Below are positions 35,425 to 44,036 of a stretch of 44,077 nucleotides of DNA, piece after piece; position 1 is the first letter of the stretch; every line of letters starts with the position of its first letter. Location of the stretch: sequence record JN984867; one strand, written 5' to 3'. The notes under the pieces were generated by a model, which worked only from the letters and a program-made list of their open reading frames with translations, was not told the DNA's origin and did no database searches. Both the position numbers and the translations under genes were made by a program. The DNA is from Shigella phage EP23.

Positions 35425-35426
35425 GG

Positions 35427-35552
35427 ATAATATTAATCTTCACCGCCGAGTTGTTTATAAACCTCGTCCGGGTCGTCGCCTCTTTCTTCGCAGAAGGCGG
35501 TGAATGCCGCCCAATTTTCTGCTATGAAATCGAGCATGATTCTCATTTCATA
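35427..35552 (-). CDS. small acidic protein (41 aa)
   Basis: ATG 35552; hand-translated MDYEMRIMLDFIAENWAAFTAFCEERGDDPDEVYKQLGGED. Confidence 0.25.
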
Positions 35553-35562
35553 GTCCATGATA

Positions 35563-36081
35563 TTAATCTTCCAGTTCGAAATAAGTTTCGACGATTTCTT
35601 TTAGCTCTTTGTGGAAGTCTTCGACGTCGTCATCTTCCAGCTTAGCGATTGATTTGATCTCGAACGATTCCAGAAGGTCGTCGAATTCGTCGTTCGCATC
35701 GTCGTCATCGCCACCGGCGATAATCGCGGCATACTGTTTGATTTCGTCGCGCATCTCCGCCAGCGGATCGGCATCTTTCTTACCTTTGCCTTTCGCCGGT
35801 GCTTTCTTAGACTTAGCCGGTTTTTCGTCTTCGGCATCGGCATCGTCGTCGTCATCTTCTACGACTTCTTTTTTGGCCTTACCTTTCGCCGGTGCTTTTT
35901 TGGTTTTCGCCGGGGCTTCGTCTTCAGCGTCGTCATCTTCTACGACTTCTTTTTTGGCCTTAGACGGCTTCTTGTCTTCCTGTTTACCAACGGCAGCGCC
36001 AACGGTTTCATAATGCTTAGCGATGATTTCCAGTGCTACTACGCCGCGAGTGATCAGGTTTACGATTTGCTCAAACATGGT
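35563..36081 (-). CDS. highly charged repeat protein (alternating poly-acidic and KKAPAKGK blocks), first gene of leftward early operon
   Basis: Start ATG 36081 (MFEQIVNL); internal ~70-bp tandem DNA repeat near 35780-35960; track ORF extends to 36306 through the leader. Confidence 0.5.
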   Translation of the reverse strand, partial: TMFEQIVNLITRGVVALEIIAKHYETVGAAVGKQEDKKPSKAKKEVVEDDDAEDEAPAKTKKAPAKGKAKKEVVEDDDDDADAEDEKPAKSKKAPAKGKGKKDADPLAEMRDEIKQYAAIIAGGDDDDANDEFDDLLESFEIKSIAKLEDDDVEDFHKELKEIVETYFELED

Positions 36082-36274
36082 ATATCTCCGATTGGTTAAG
36101 TTTAGGTGTCGACCATTAACTTCGTCGGTGGCCTTAACATAGTGCCAGGTTACGCGTTCTCCCGTTCGGGTAGTGGACCTGGTTATATAATCACGGTTGG
36201 GAATCCTGACACTTCGATCCGGCCCCTGCGTTGCCCCTCTCCAGTTTGCGTCCTGCATCCTGTCGACGAGGTGA

Positions 36275-36303
36275 ATATTAGATTGGTTGCAGAAGGGAGT
36301 CAA
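36275..36303 (-). promoter_or_regulatory. leftward promoter TTGACT-N17-TAATAT with TGCAACCAA in the spacer
   Basis: Read on minus strand: TTGACTcccttctgcaaccaatcTAATAT; ~190-nt leader before ATG 36081. Confidence 0.55.
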
Positions 36304-36313
36304 CAACTAATTT

Positions 36314-36350
36314 AAAAAAAAAAAGCGCCGAAGCAAAATGCGACGGCGCT
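36314..36350 (-). terminator. strong rho-independent terminator on minus strand in divergent intergenic region
   Basis: AGCGCCG...CGGCGCT hairpin followed (minus strand) by ~11 U. Confidence 0.65.
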
Positions 36351-36372
36351 AACCAATAAGAGACAATGAGAC
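36314..36372 (-). ncRNA. candidate ~55-nt small RNA (promoter TTGAAA-N16-TAATAA to terminator)
   Basis: Minus-strand promoter-like hexamers at ~36380-36407 immediately upstream of the terminator; no coding potential. Confidence 0.25.
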
Positions 36373-36420
36373 GGGAGTATTATTACACGCGTGCGCGCCC
36401 GTTTCAATATCCCAAAGGAG

Positions 36421-36449
36421 TTGACACCCTGCGGTTTTAGGTGTAGTTT
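36421..36449 (+). promoter_or_regulatory. rightward promoter TTGACA-N17-TAGTTT
   Basis: Consensus -35 read directly upstream of gene at 36481. Confidence 0.55.
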
Positions 36450-36480
36450 CATTGGTCATTAACCAACCGGAGACAGAATA

Positions 36481-36810
36481 ATGAATATCAACGACGCAAT
36501 CGAAATGCTAACGAAGACTGTCTGCAGTGAGACTAGCCGGTCCTGGGCGTATACCGATGCCGTGGGGGCGGTGCTATTTGAAATCGAACGTCTGCGACTT
36601 ACCGAAAAAGAATTGCGCGCGAAGCTGGAATTACTCAACGGTACGGCAGCCAGCAAGCTGCAAAAGCACAATGAAGAAATGGAAGAATACAAAAAACAGG
36701 TTATCCGTTTGCGCGCCGAGGGAAAATCCTGGGCGATGATCGCTGAGTTGACAGGAATTAATCAGAGCACCGTGCGCTCCTGGGTACGCAATAACAAAAC
36801 TTCGAAGTAA
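36481..36810 (+). CDS. HTH DNA-binding protein (putative transcriptional regulator)
   Basis: C-terminal KSWAMIAELTGINQSTVRSWVRN helix-turn-helix; GGAGA RBS; first rightward gene. Confidence 0.5.
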   Translation: MNINDAIEMLTKTVCSETSRSWAYTDAVGAVLFEIERLRLTEKELRAKLELLNGTAASKLQKHNEEMEEYKKQVIRLRAEGKSWAMIAELTGINQSTVRSWVRNNKTSK

Positions 36811-36820
36811 GGCAACGGCA

Positions 36821-39085
36821 ATGAGCTTAATTAAATTCGCTGTAACACGACCCGCTAAAAAAGGCGAAAAAGCCAGGGCGGAAAACTTCCAGATGACCAC
36901 CGATGAATTTTTCGAATTTATCAATGACGCGAAAGAAATATCATCGGTGCATATCAACAAGACCGAGGATAAAGCGGAGTATGCGCGCCGCAAGCGTAAG
37001 GCCGATGGCATCGTAGCGTATACCAGTGACGGCTTACGCCGCAAGACCAGCGCGGTGGACCGCTCGATCCTGTTCTTTGATATTGACCGCACCGACACTC
37101 GCACCTTACGCCGCTGCCGTAAGGCGTTCATTGACGCGGGTCTGGAACACGTATTCCACACAACCACCGGCGACCGCCACCCGCTTAAAGGCGGCACGCG
37201 TTGCGCTCGCTTCCTGGTACTCACTGATAAGCCGGTCCCGGCTGAAGACCTGGGCCGTGTCCAGTATGCGCTATTACATCAACTTGGTCTGTCGGATGTG
37301 GACTTCGACGATTGCACGAAAGACACAAACCGCCTGATGTACCTGCCGCACCAGCAATCGGTTATTAAGTGCCACTACGGCAAACGTGCCCGCGTCCGTC
37401 GTCTGCTTCGCCTGGCGGATACGCTTGGCGTGGAGAAGGAAGAAGTACGCCGCGAGCTTACCCAGGGCGACGACGCAGTGGCGGACGGGATTCTGGACTG
37501 GTGCTTCCAGGCAGGATTTGAGGAGTTATCTTCCGGTCGCGGTTATGAAGTGCCATGCCCGAACGAACATCTGCACAGCGGCGAAGGGTCGACGGCTATC
37601 ATGGTCAAGGATGGCGAGATCCGTTTCAAGTGTATGCACACAGGCAACGAGTGTTGCTCTGAGCTAAATAGACACCAGCACCTGGCGCTACGTCTTATCG
37701 GGATACCGGACCACCTGAACGTCGAGCCGCACAACATGTCGCGTAAGCAAATCGCCGCCATCCTGCCAGGTCTGGACGACGAGGAAGTCGAATCCTTATA
37801 TGATCATATTGTTGATGCAGTTGGCGACGGCGAAGAATACGGCGTGTGCACCGATGCGGATCTGGATAACGAGCCGGTCGCACTATTCAGTAAGCACGAC
37901 CCGATCATCGAAGGCCTGGTCAACTTCAAATCGACCTGGTACATGGCTGGCGAGTCGAACATCGGTAAATCGTTCTACGTGCTGGGCCAAATGGGCGCGG
38001 TTGCCGCGGGGATTCCGTTCGGCGGTGCGAAGGTCGTCCAGTCTCATTGCTTCTATTTCGACGCGGAAGGTGGCGAAGCCTCCAACCAGCGTAAGGAAGC
38101 ATTGCAGATCAAATATGAGCACGACCTGGACAAGCTGCACATTATTGACCTGCAATCACGCGGCTGGGATATCACCAGCAAATCAGGCTTGCGTGAAGTT
38201 ATCAGCTTCATCAACCGCACCGCTAACGGCGAGCCGGTTGGCCTGGTGGCGTTCGACTCACTCAACCAGACTGTTGCGCTGCGGTCCGCCGATGCAAAAC
38301 CGTTCGACGAGAACAACGCCAGCGATATGGGCGAAGTGGTCAAAGCGCTGAAGGCCATTGCGGAAAATACAGGCGGCAGTGCGGGCGTCATCCACCACCC
38401 GGCGAAAGGTGCAAACGGCCGCAGATCTCCCCGTGGGTCCGGCGCGCTGCATGGTGCTGTCGATTCTGCGTTCTTCCTGGAGCAACCGGACGACAACCAG
38501 CCAGGTCAATTGAACCTGTATCACGAAAAGGCACGTAACGGCATCAAGCAAGCGCCGCGCGGCTTCGTCCTGCTCAAGTGCAAGGTTAAGGTGGATCTCC
38601 GCAAGTCCGAAGCGTTCGAAGCCCACCAGTCCACCAGCACCGGGCCAGACTTCGGCGATGTGGTTGCCGGTTGGGACGTCAAACCAATTGCGTCCACCCC
38701 GCGCGACGAGACTCTATACCTCGTACCGGTAGCCCTGGCACCGTTCGCGATAGAACAGGCGAAGGCGGCGGGCAAAGCCGCAGTTAAGGAAGAGAACACC
38801 GCCGGTCCGCGCAACGAAAAAGAGAAAGTGCTTTATGCGGCCCTGGAAAAACTGATGGCAGATAACCCTGACCATACTGGATTCAGTAAATCGGCAATTG
38901 TACGCCAGGCGGGACTCGCTAAGGGTGGCACTTCGACGAAGGCAATCGACGATATGGTCGAGCGCGGCGTGATTGGTTTCTATACAGACCCGCACACCGG
39001 GGCCATATATGGGTCGTCGAATTTAGTCATCAAATCGGAGATCCCCATAACGCTTTCGGCGACCGATGACGACCTGAAAGACTAA
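36821..39085 (+). CDS. DNA primase-helicase (prim-pol-like N-terminus plus RecA/DnaB-like ATPase)
   Basis: SILFFDIDRTD acidic motif, Cys/His cluster CPNEHLHSGEG...CMHTGNECC, Walker A GESNIGKSFYVLGQ; 754 aa. Confidence 0.75.
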   Translation: MSLIKFAVTRPAKKGEKARAENFQMTTDEFFEFINDAKEISSVHINKTEDKAEYARRKRKADGIVAYTSDGLRRKTSAVDRSILFFDIDRTDTRTLRRCRKAFIDAGLEHVFHTTTGDRHPLKGGTRCARFLVLTDKPVPAEDLGRVQYALLHQLGLSDVDFDDCTKDTNRLMYLPHQQSVIKCHYGKRARVRRLLRLADTLGVEKEEVRRELTQGDDAVADGILDWCFQAGFEELSSGRGYEVPCPNEHLHSGEGSTAIMVKDGEIRFKCMHTGNECCSELNRHQHLALRLIGIPDHLNVEPHNMSRKQIAAILPGLDDEEVESLYDHIVDAVGDGEEYGVCTDADLDNEPVALFSKHDPIIEGLVNFKSTWYMAGESNIGKSFYVLGQMGAVAAGIPFGGAKVVQSHCFYFDAEGGEASNQRKEALQIKYEHDLDKLHIIDLQSRGWDITSKSGLREVISFINRTANGEPVGLVAFDSLNQTVALRSADAKPFDENNASDMGEVVKALKAIAENTGGSAGVIHHPAKGANGRRSPRGSGALHGAVDSAFFLEQPDDNQPGQLNLYHEKARNGIKQAPRGFVLLKCKVKVDLRKSEAFEAHQSTSTGPDFGDVVAGWDVKPIASTPRDETLYLVPVALAPFAIEQAKAAGKAAVKEENTAGPRNEKEKVLYAALEKLMADNPDHTGFSKSAIVRQAGLAKGGTSTKAIDDMVERGVIGFYTDPHTGAIYGSSNLVIKSEIPITLSATDDDLKD

Positions 39086-39169
39086 ATCCTATTTTGAGTG
39101 TTTTTAGCTGGTCGCATTGGTTGCCGTGCAGTATAAATATAGTGAATAGTTATGCAATAAAACTGCATA

Positions 39170-39335
39170 AAGTAAGCGGGACAAAAAGCGGGACAAACTT
39201 GGGGCGGGACAAAGCGGGACAGCACCCCCGTCCCGCCCCGGATGACGCGGCCTGGAGAGGAGCGGGACAGGCGGGACAACTCCCAGTCTTTCAGACTAGA
39301 CGGGGGTCAGCGGCCCCCCTCGTCTGAGACTGCAT
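39170..39335. repeat. iteron-rich non-coding region, copy 2 (GCGGGACA repeats, CTGCATAAA motifs, 70-bp block 39263-39332 identical to 12308-12377); candidate origin
   Basis: Direct read; lies just downstream of primase-helicase gene. Confidence 0.8.
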
Positions 39336-39484
39336 AAAATCCGGGATTGCAAAATACACGGCAGCACATTGGAAATCGCGGTCGTCGATGAACTGGGCAA
39401 CCAATGCGAGTTGCAGAATGTGGTGTGAAAAATGCAGTTTGCAGTCACAGCTGATAGCGATCAACTTTTTCATGCGCATGATTA

Positions 39485-39535
39485 ATATTGGTTGCATTCA
39501 TGCCAGCACCCTGCTAGATTGGTTGCACACCAACA
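39485..39535 (+). promoter_or_regulatory. rightward promoter region with two TTGGTTGCA motifs
   Basis: attaatattggttgcattc...agattggttgcacacc upstream of gene at 39549. Confidence 0.4.
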
Positions 39536-39548
39536 TGAGGGCTGAACA

Positions 39549-39875
39549 ATGAAAGCGATTATCTGGAATTACGCAATGGCTATGGCGAAGGCACAAGAAG
39601 CGGCGGAGTTCGCCGGGGAGGGGGCGGAAGCAGTAGAGAGACTATCGGCAGCGTGGTCCGTTGTTCGCGTCACGCAGCAGGCCATCGCCTGTATGCTTGA
39701 GCGCCGCTTCGACACGATGGCGGAGATCCAGCCGTTGGCGAACGCTATCCAGGACTACGCGCTTGCATTTGCCCGTGAACGCCTGGCGTATCGCTTCGGG
39801 ATCGGAGAGACGGCAGTGACAAACGTTGCCCGGATTAAAGCCCAGCGTGAGCTATTCGCCCAGCTTGCGAAATAA
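39549..39875 (+). CDS. hypothetical protein
   Basis: 108 aa ORF. Confidence 0.4.
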   Translation: MKAIIWNYAMAMAKAQEAAEFAGEGAEAVERLSAAWSVVRVTQQAIACMLERRFDTMAEIQPLANAIQDYALAFARERLAYRFGIGETAVTNVARIKAQRELFAQLAK

Positions 39876-39884
39876 GAGGCCAAA

Positions 39885-40154
39885 ATGACCCGTAGACGCG
39901 CAAAACAGCTTTCGTGGCATATCCCCCTGCATTGCATACGAATATGGGCTAAGAATGCGAATGCGGGGGACTCTGTGTACTGGTGCTATCGCGACGACGT
40001 TAAGCCGTTGACGCAGACTCGCTACTTGCACCAGTTCGCCGCGCAACATGATTTCTATGTGCGGACCTCCTTGCAACCAATGGGGATCCGTATTACATTA
40101 CGCCGGAAGCCCGCAGTCGAGCGGGTAGGCAAACACTGGAGACTGAGCAAATGA
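39885..40154 (+). CDS. hypothetical protein
   Basis: 89 aa ORF. Confidence 0.4.
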   Translation: MTRRRAKQLSWHIPLHCIRIWAKNANAGDSVYWCYRDDVKPLTQTRYLHQFAAQHDFYVRTSLQPMGIRITLRRKPAVERVGKHWRLSK

Positions 40155-40693
40155 AATTACTATTCCGCCGAAAATCAGATGGCCGCATTCTTAAGCCAAT
40201 ACAGACCCTTGACACCCATGTGCGACTTCACCACGCCGCAAGCGATCGTGTCTGGTGGGCGAATAAGGCAAAGCTGCCGGAGAAATACGAAATCCTCACG
40301 CATGATATTGAGCGCGGCGATGTGCTGCGTGATATTCGCGACGGGCAATTGTGGGTCGTTGAGCACACCAGCCAGCACGGCTTGCGTATGCAAACCCGCA
40401 AGGGCGGAGTAGTGGGTAACATACAGAGGGTTATGACGTACTTCGGGCTAATCCACTACGAGCGCGTGGGGCGCAAATACTGCCTGCGCAACCGCCAGCC
40501 TCATGAGCGCGCAACCTACGACTCCCACCAGGTGCAAGCGAAGATGGGCCGCGCCGTACACCAAATCGTCAATCGCTTTGATGCCGTGACGAACGCACAA
40601 CGCCATGCGCAGGAATACGGTGTTGGATTCATCCAGGTGGAACGAGACGGCAGCATGAAAGCCATCGACCCGCGCTCGGTGATTCTGAAATGA
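40151..40693 (+). CDS. hypothetical protein
   Basis: 180 aa ORF overlapping previous stop. Confidence 0.45.
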   Translation: MKLLFRRKSDGRILKPIQTLDTHVRLHHAASDRVWWANKAKLPEKYEILTHDIERGDVLRDIRDGQLWVVEHTSQHGLRMQTRKGGVVGNIQRVMTYFGLIHYERVGRKYCLRNRQPHERATYDSHQVQAKMGRAVHQIVNRFDAVTNAQRHAQEYGVGFIQVERDGSMKAIDPRSVILK

Positions 40694-40900
40694 GTGCGAC
40701 GATCCGTGATATGCTTCAGCACAACCGCTTTGAAATAGGCGGTCGGGTATTTCGAAATTACTTCGTGGCGCGTGCATGGGCGCGCCATATTGGCAAACCG
40801 GAAGGGGAAATTCGATGCTATACGTCTTCGCGGTAGTATGTGGCGGTAGTCTGGCGGCCCTGGTGCTGTTGGCGTCGGTTATTAGTCTGGTTAAATACCT

Positions 40901-41200
40901 ATGGGGCAGATTATGATTCATGATGTGATTTATTGGTTTGGTATGGCCAGCATGTTATGCCTGGTTACGGGAGTGCTGGGCGCAATATGGGTATTCCTGG
41001 TATGGCCTGCGGTGGAAGCTGCCAGCATTACCCGGATGACATTCGAGATCTACAAGCGCCGTGGAATAACGGAGCACCCGACCAGGCTTCGGATGTGGTG
41101 GCTGTGGTATCGGGATATGATAGGCGGTCGAACATTCGAAGCCGTCCGCTCATCCGGGTGGGAGTGGAAAGCCGTCGGCAAGTGGTCCGTTTTCGATTAA
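40901..41200 (+). CDS. small membrane protein
   Basis: 99 aa, hydrophobic N-terminus WFGMASMLCLVTGVLGAIWVFLVW. Confidence 0.4.
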   Translation: MGQIMIHDVIYWFGMASMLCLVTGVLGAIWVFLVWPAVEAASITRMTFEIYKRRGITEHPTRLRMWWLWYRDMIGGRTFEAVRSSGWEWKAVGKWSVFD

Positions 41201-41217
41201 TTATGCAAGCGTGATAT

Positions 41218-41253
41218 AGTCCCAGTGAGCTAAAACTTACTGGGACTTTTTTA
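41218..41253 (+). terminator. rho-independent terminator just upstream of holin gene
   Basis: AGTCCCAGT...ACTGGGACT hairpin followed by TTTTTT. Confidence 0.6.
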
Positions 41254-41543
41254 TGGATAAGCTAAACGAGTGGCTATTCGCCCTGGCATGTCTGGCGGGT
41301 GGCTTCGTAGGCGCACGCATTCATGGTGAGGCTACGAAGGGGCCACTAAACTTCGTTTTGTATGTTGTAGTTGGCTTCTTGTGTGCCATATTTGGCGCAC
41401 CGGCTATTGCCGAGTGGGCTGGTTTGTCGGGTGAGCGCACTGTCGCCGGTTTAGGCTTCGTAACCGCAATCTTCTGGATGCCAATCGCCGACCGGATCAG
41501 GGAGACTATTGCGTCGTTCCGACTTCCGGGGGGCGCAAAATGA
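41253..41543 (+). CDS. holin (putative, multi-TM)
   Basis: 96 aa, several hydrophobic helices, directly upstream of lysozyme. Confidence 0.55.
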   Translation: MDKLNEWLFALACLAGGFVGARIHGEATKGPLNFVLYVVVGFLCAIFGAPAIAEWAGLSGERTVAGLGFVTAIFWMPIADRIRETIASFRLPGGAK

Positions 41544-41785
41544 TTATCTCCGTCCTGTTGTTTGTTATCATCGGGGCTTCGTCCCTGTTTAACGTGTATG
41601 CGCCGTCCGTCCGGGATGGCATTTTCGGTCGGGTGCTGTATCTGTTAACGGCAATGGTCTGTATTATCGGATTGCTGCAAACAGGAGACGTATCTGATAC
41701 CACATGGACCGCGTTAATCTGGCTGTTTGCATTGCGCACCCTGCGTAATGCTGTTTTGAATGGGGTAAAACATGCGATTCAGTGA
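41540..41785 (+). CDS. second small membrane protein (holin/antiholin-like)
   Basis: 81 aa, two hydrophobic segments; overlaps holin stop and endolysin start. Confidence 0.45.
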   Translation: MIISVLLFVIIGASSLFNVYAPSVRDGIFGRVLYLLTAMVCIIGLLQTGDVSDTTWTALIWLFALRTLRNAVLNGVKHAIQ

Positions 41786-42263
41786 TAACGGTCTACGATT
41801 TACGGCAGCCTGGGAGGCTTTCAGCCCGGTGCCGTATTTCGCGACCAAGAAAGAGCAGGCCCGCGGCCTGTACACCTGGGGTTATGGTCATACCGGCACT
41901 AATCCGCCTCGAAGCATTACCCGCGAGGAAGCGCTGGCACTGCTCAAGCGCGATGTGGCGTATGCTGAGGACTGGGTTAACAAATACGCACATCCGAGCA
42001 TTAACCAGGCGCAATTCGACGCGCTGGTGGACCTGGTAATCAACGCCGGTCCTGGTCCGATCGTACCGGATGACGTCGCGAATGATTTCGATGATGCGGT
42101 ACGGTTGGGCGACTGGGCGAAGGTCCGTGCTACGCTGCCGCAGTTCCGCAAGCAAGGCGGCGAAGTGCTTAAGGGTCTGGTACGCCGTGCAATCGGCAGA
42201 CAGGCGTTGTTTGATGGTAAGCAGTGGGACGTTGCCGAACGAATCGGTCGTAACGCTGCATAA
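41772..42263 (+). CDS. endolysin, lysozyme-like
   Basis: 163 aa; TWGYGHTG and overall pattern of phage lysozyme family; position after holins. Confidence 0.7.
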   Translation: MRFSDNGLRFTAAWEAFSPVPYFATKKEQARGLYTWGYGHTGTNPPRSITREEALALLKRDVAYAEDWVNKYAHPSINQAQFDALVDLVINAGPGPIVPDDVANDFDDAVRLGDWAKVRATLPQFRKQGGEVLKGLVRRAIGRQALFDGKQWDVAERIGRNAA

Positions 42264-42280
42264 TACGAGGTAACACAGTA

Positions 42281-42446
42281 TGTTAAAAAGCATTCTTGAT
42301 CATAATGCGGACGCGCTTGCCGCACTGGCTAAAACCGAAGACCCAGGCGCACGCGCTATCATAGCGGACTCTATCAACCACGCTGGGGTCTTCGATGCGA
42401 AGCTGCCAAGCCCACCACCGCAGGAGGAATCTGGTCCTGCAGCGTA
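42281..42446 (+). CDS. small hypothetical protein (55 aa)
   Basis: ATG after GAGG; hand-translated; below track cut-off. Confidence 0.3.
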
Positions 42447-42454
42447 AACAATCA

Positions 42455-42479
42455 AGCCCGGAATTAACCGGGCTTTTTA
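42455..42479 (+). terminator. rho-independent terminator after lysis genes
   Basis: AGCCCGG-aattaa-CCGGGCT hairpin followed by TTTTT. Confidence 0.65.
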
Positions 42480-42483
42480 TTGC

Positions 42484-42513
42484 TTGACTTGCAACCAACA
42501 TAGACTCTATACT
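42484..42513 (+). promoter_or_regulatory. promoter TTGACT-N18-TATACT with TGCAACCAA in spacer
   Basis: Read directly; followed by 26-codon micro-ORF (42543-42623) and gene at 42685. Confidence 0.55.
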
Positions 42514-42684
42514 GCGACCAATCAACGAGAGGAGTAATCAAGATGGCACGTAAAGATATTTGGGTATTAGCGATCTGGACCACCACGGCTTTTATCGACA
42601 TGGTTATTTGCGAATTGATATAGCCCGCCGCCATACGGACCGTGGTATATTGTCCGCGGTCCACTAATCAGGAATTAATTAAAT

Positions 42685-43827
42685 ATGCACCCGCAAACTA
42701 AAATTACCGATGAGCAATTGATCGCAGAAATTCAGGAAGGGACTACAGTTAAAGAGATTGCGAAGAAGTACGGCATCGCACTTCGAAATGTCTATATGCG
42801 CAAAGCCCGCCTGTCTAAAAAGGGGATTGGTCACGGCAATGATGCAGTGATCCGTAAGCGCGTTGCCGATGGTTTTGGGGTTAAGCGCGTATCGGCCCTG
42901 GTGCGCGGCAATGGCGAAGAGGTCATGTCGTGGGTCATCACTGAGCAGGACAAAGAGCGCCAACTCGAAGCTATGCGCGCTGTTGTCGATGGTATGAACA
43001 GCGAAATCACACCGGCAGCGCCAGTAAAAGCCCCGCCAGTCCCAGTCCAGGCACTCGACTTGCTCAACCTGTACACCGTGTCAGACTTTCACCTGGGAAT
43101 GCTGGCATGGGGTGAGGAGACTGGCGAAGACTGGGATATGGCGATTGCTGAAGACCTGTTCTACCGCTGGTTTGTCGAAGCCTTCGCCCGCGCACCGGAC
43201 GCAGGAACTGCCGTTATCAATATCCTCGGGGATATGGCCCACTTTGATAGCCTTGATGCCGTCACACCGGCAAGCGGTCACGTACTGGACGCCGACACAC
43301 GATACCAGAAGTTGGTCCGCTATATGATTCGCATGGTGCGCAACGTGGTAGACCTGGCGCTGCAAAAACACCACAAAGTAAAACTGCTAATCGTCCAGGG
43401 TAATCATGACGAATCTGGTATGATTTGGCTTGCTGAGATGTTCAATACCTTGTATGAGAACGAGCCGCGCGTCGATGTGGACACGTCACCGGACGTCTAC
43501 AAAATGGTGCAGCACGGTAAGACTACGCTATTTTTCCACCACGGGCACAAAGCGCGATTCGATGTTATCGAGCAGGTTATGATCGCTAAATTCAGACAGG
43601 CGTTCGGGGCGAGCGAATACAGCTACGCGCACGTAGGCCATTTGCACCACCAGAAGATTGTTGAATCCCGCAACATGATTGTCGAACAGCACAGGACGCT
43701 CGCAGCGAAAGACGCCTACGCCAGTCGTGGCGGCTGGATGAGCGGTCGCAGCGCAAACGTCATCACCTATAGCGCCAACTACGGAGAAGTAGCGCGCTTA
43801 ACCATTAGCCCGGAAATGTTGAAATGA
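42685..43827 (+). CDS. N-terminal HTH fused to calcineurin-like metallophosphoesterase
   Basis: HTH-like TTVKEIAKKYGIALRNVYMRKARL; phosphoesterase motifs VSDFHLG, ILGDMAHFD, VQGNHDE, FHHGHK, HVGHLHH. Confidence 0.6.
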   Translation: MHPQTKITDEQLIAEIQEGTTVKEIAKKYGIALRNVYMRKARLSKKGIGHGNDAVIRKRVADGFGVKRVSALVRGNGEEVMSWVITEQDKERQLEAMRAVVDGMNSEITPAAPVKAPPVPVQALDLLNLYTVSDFHLGMLAWGEETGEDWDMAIAEDLFYRWFVEAFARAPDAGTAVINILGDMAHFDSLDAVTPASGHVLDADTRYQKLVRYMIRMVRNVVDLALQKHHKVKLLIVQGNHDESGMIWLAEMFNTLYENEPRVDVDTSPDVYKMVQHGKTTLFFHHGHKARFDVIEQVMIAKFRQAFGASEYSYAHVGHLHHQKIVESRNMIVEQHRTLAAKDAYASRGGWMSGRSANVITYSANYGEVARLTISPEMLK

Positions 43828-44036
43828 TCAGACAAGTATTCATGAGCACGCAGGCCGCACGCCTGAAAGAACTACGCAAACAACTGGAAGGATTGCGCCG
43901 ATTCGAACGAACGGCAGCGGCAGTCGGTATGTCGATGGATGAGCGAATCGAGATACTGTCGCAAATACGCTACACAGAGGGCGCTATACGCGAAGTACAA
44001 AGCATGTCAACCCGATACTACGGGCGCGACGTTTAA
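43824..44036 (+). CDS. hypothetical protein
   Basis: 70 aa ORF overlapping previous stop. Confidence 0.4.
   Translation: MIRQVFMSTQAARLKELRKQLEGLRRFERTAAAVGMSMDERIEILSQIRYTEGAIREVQSMSTRYYGRDV

Noticed and set aside
36106-36315. 69-aa plus-strand ORF and a possible tRNA in the long leader region
   Set aside because: No start-codon context; I could not find acceptor-stem/T-loop (GTTCRA) features of a tRNA; region is better explained as a 5' leader
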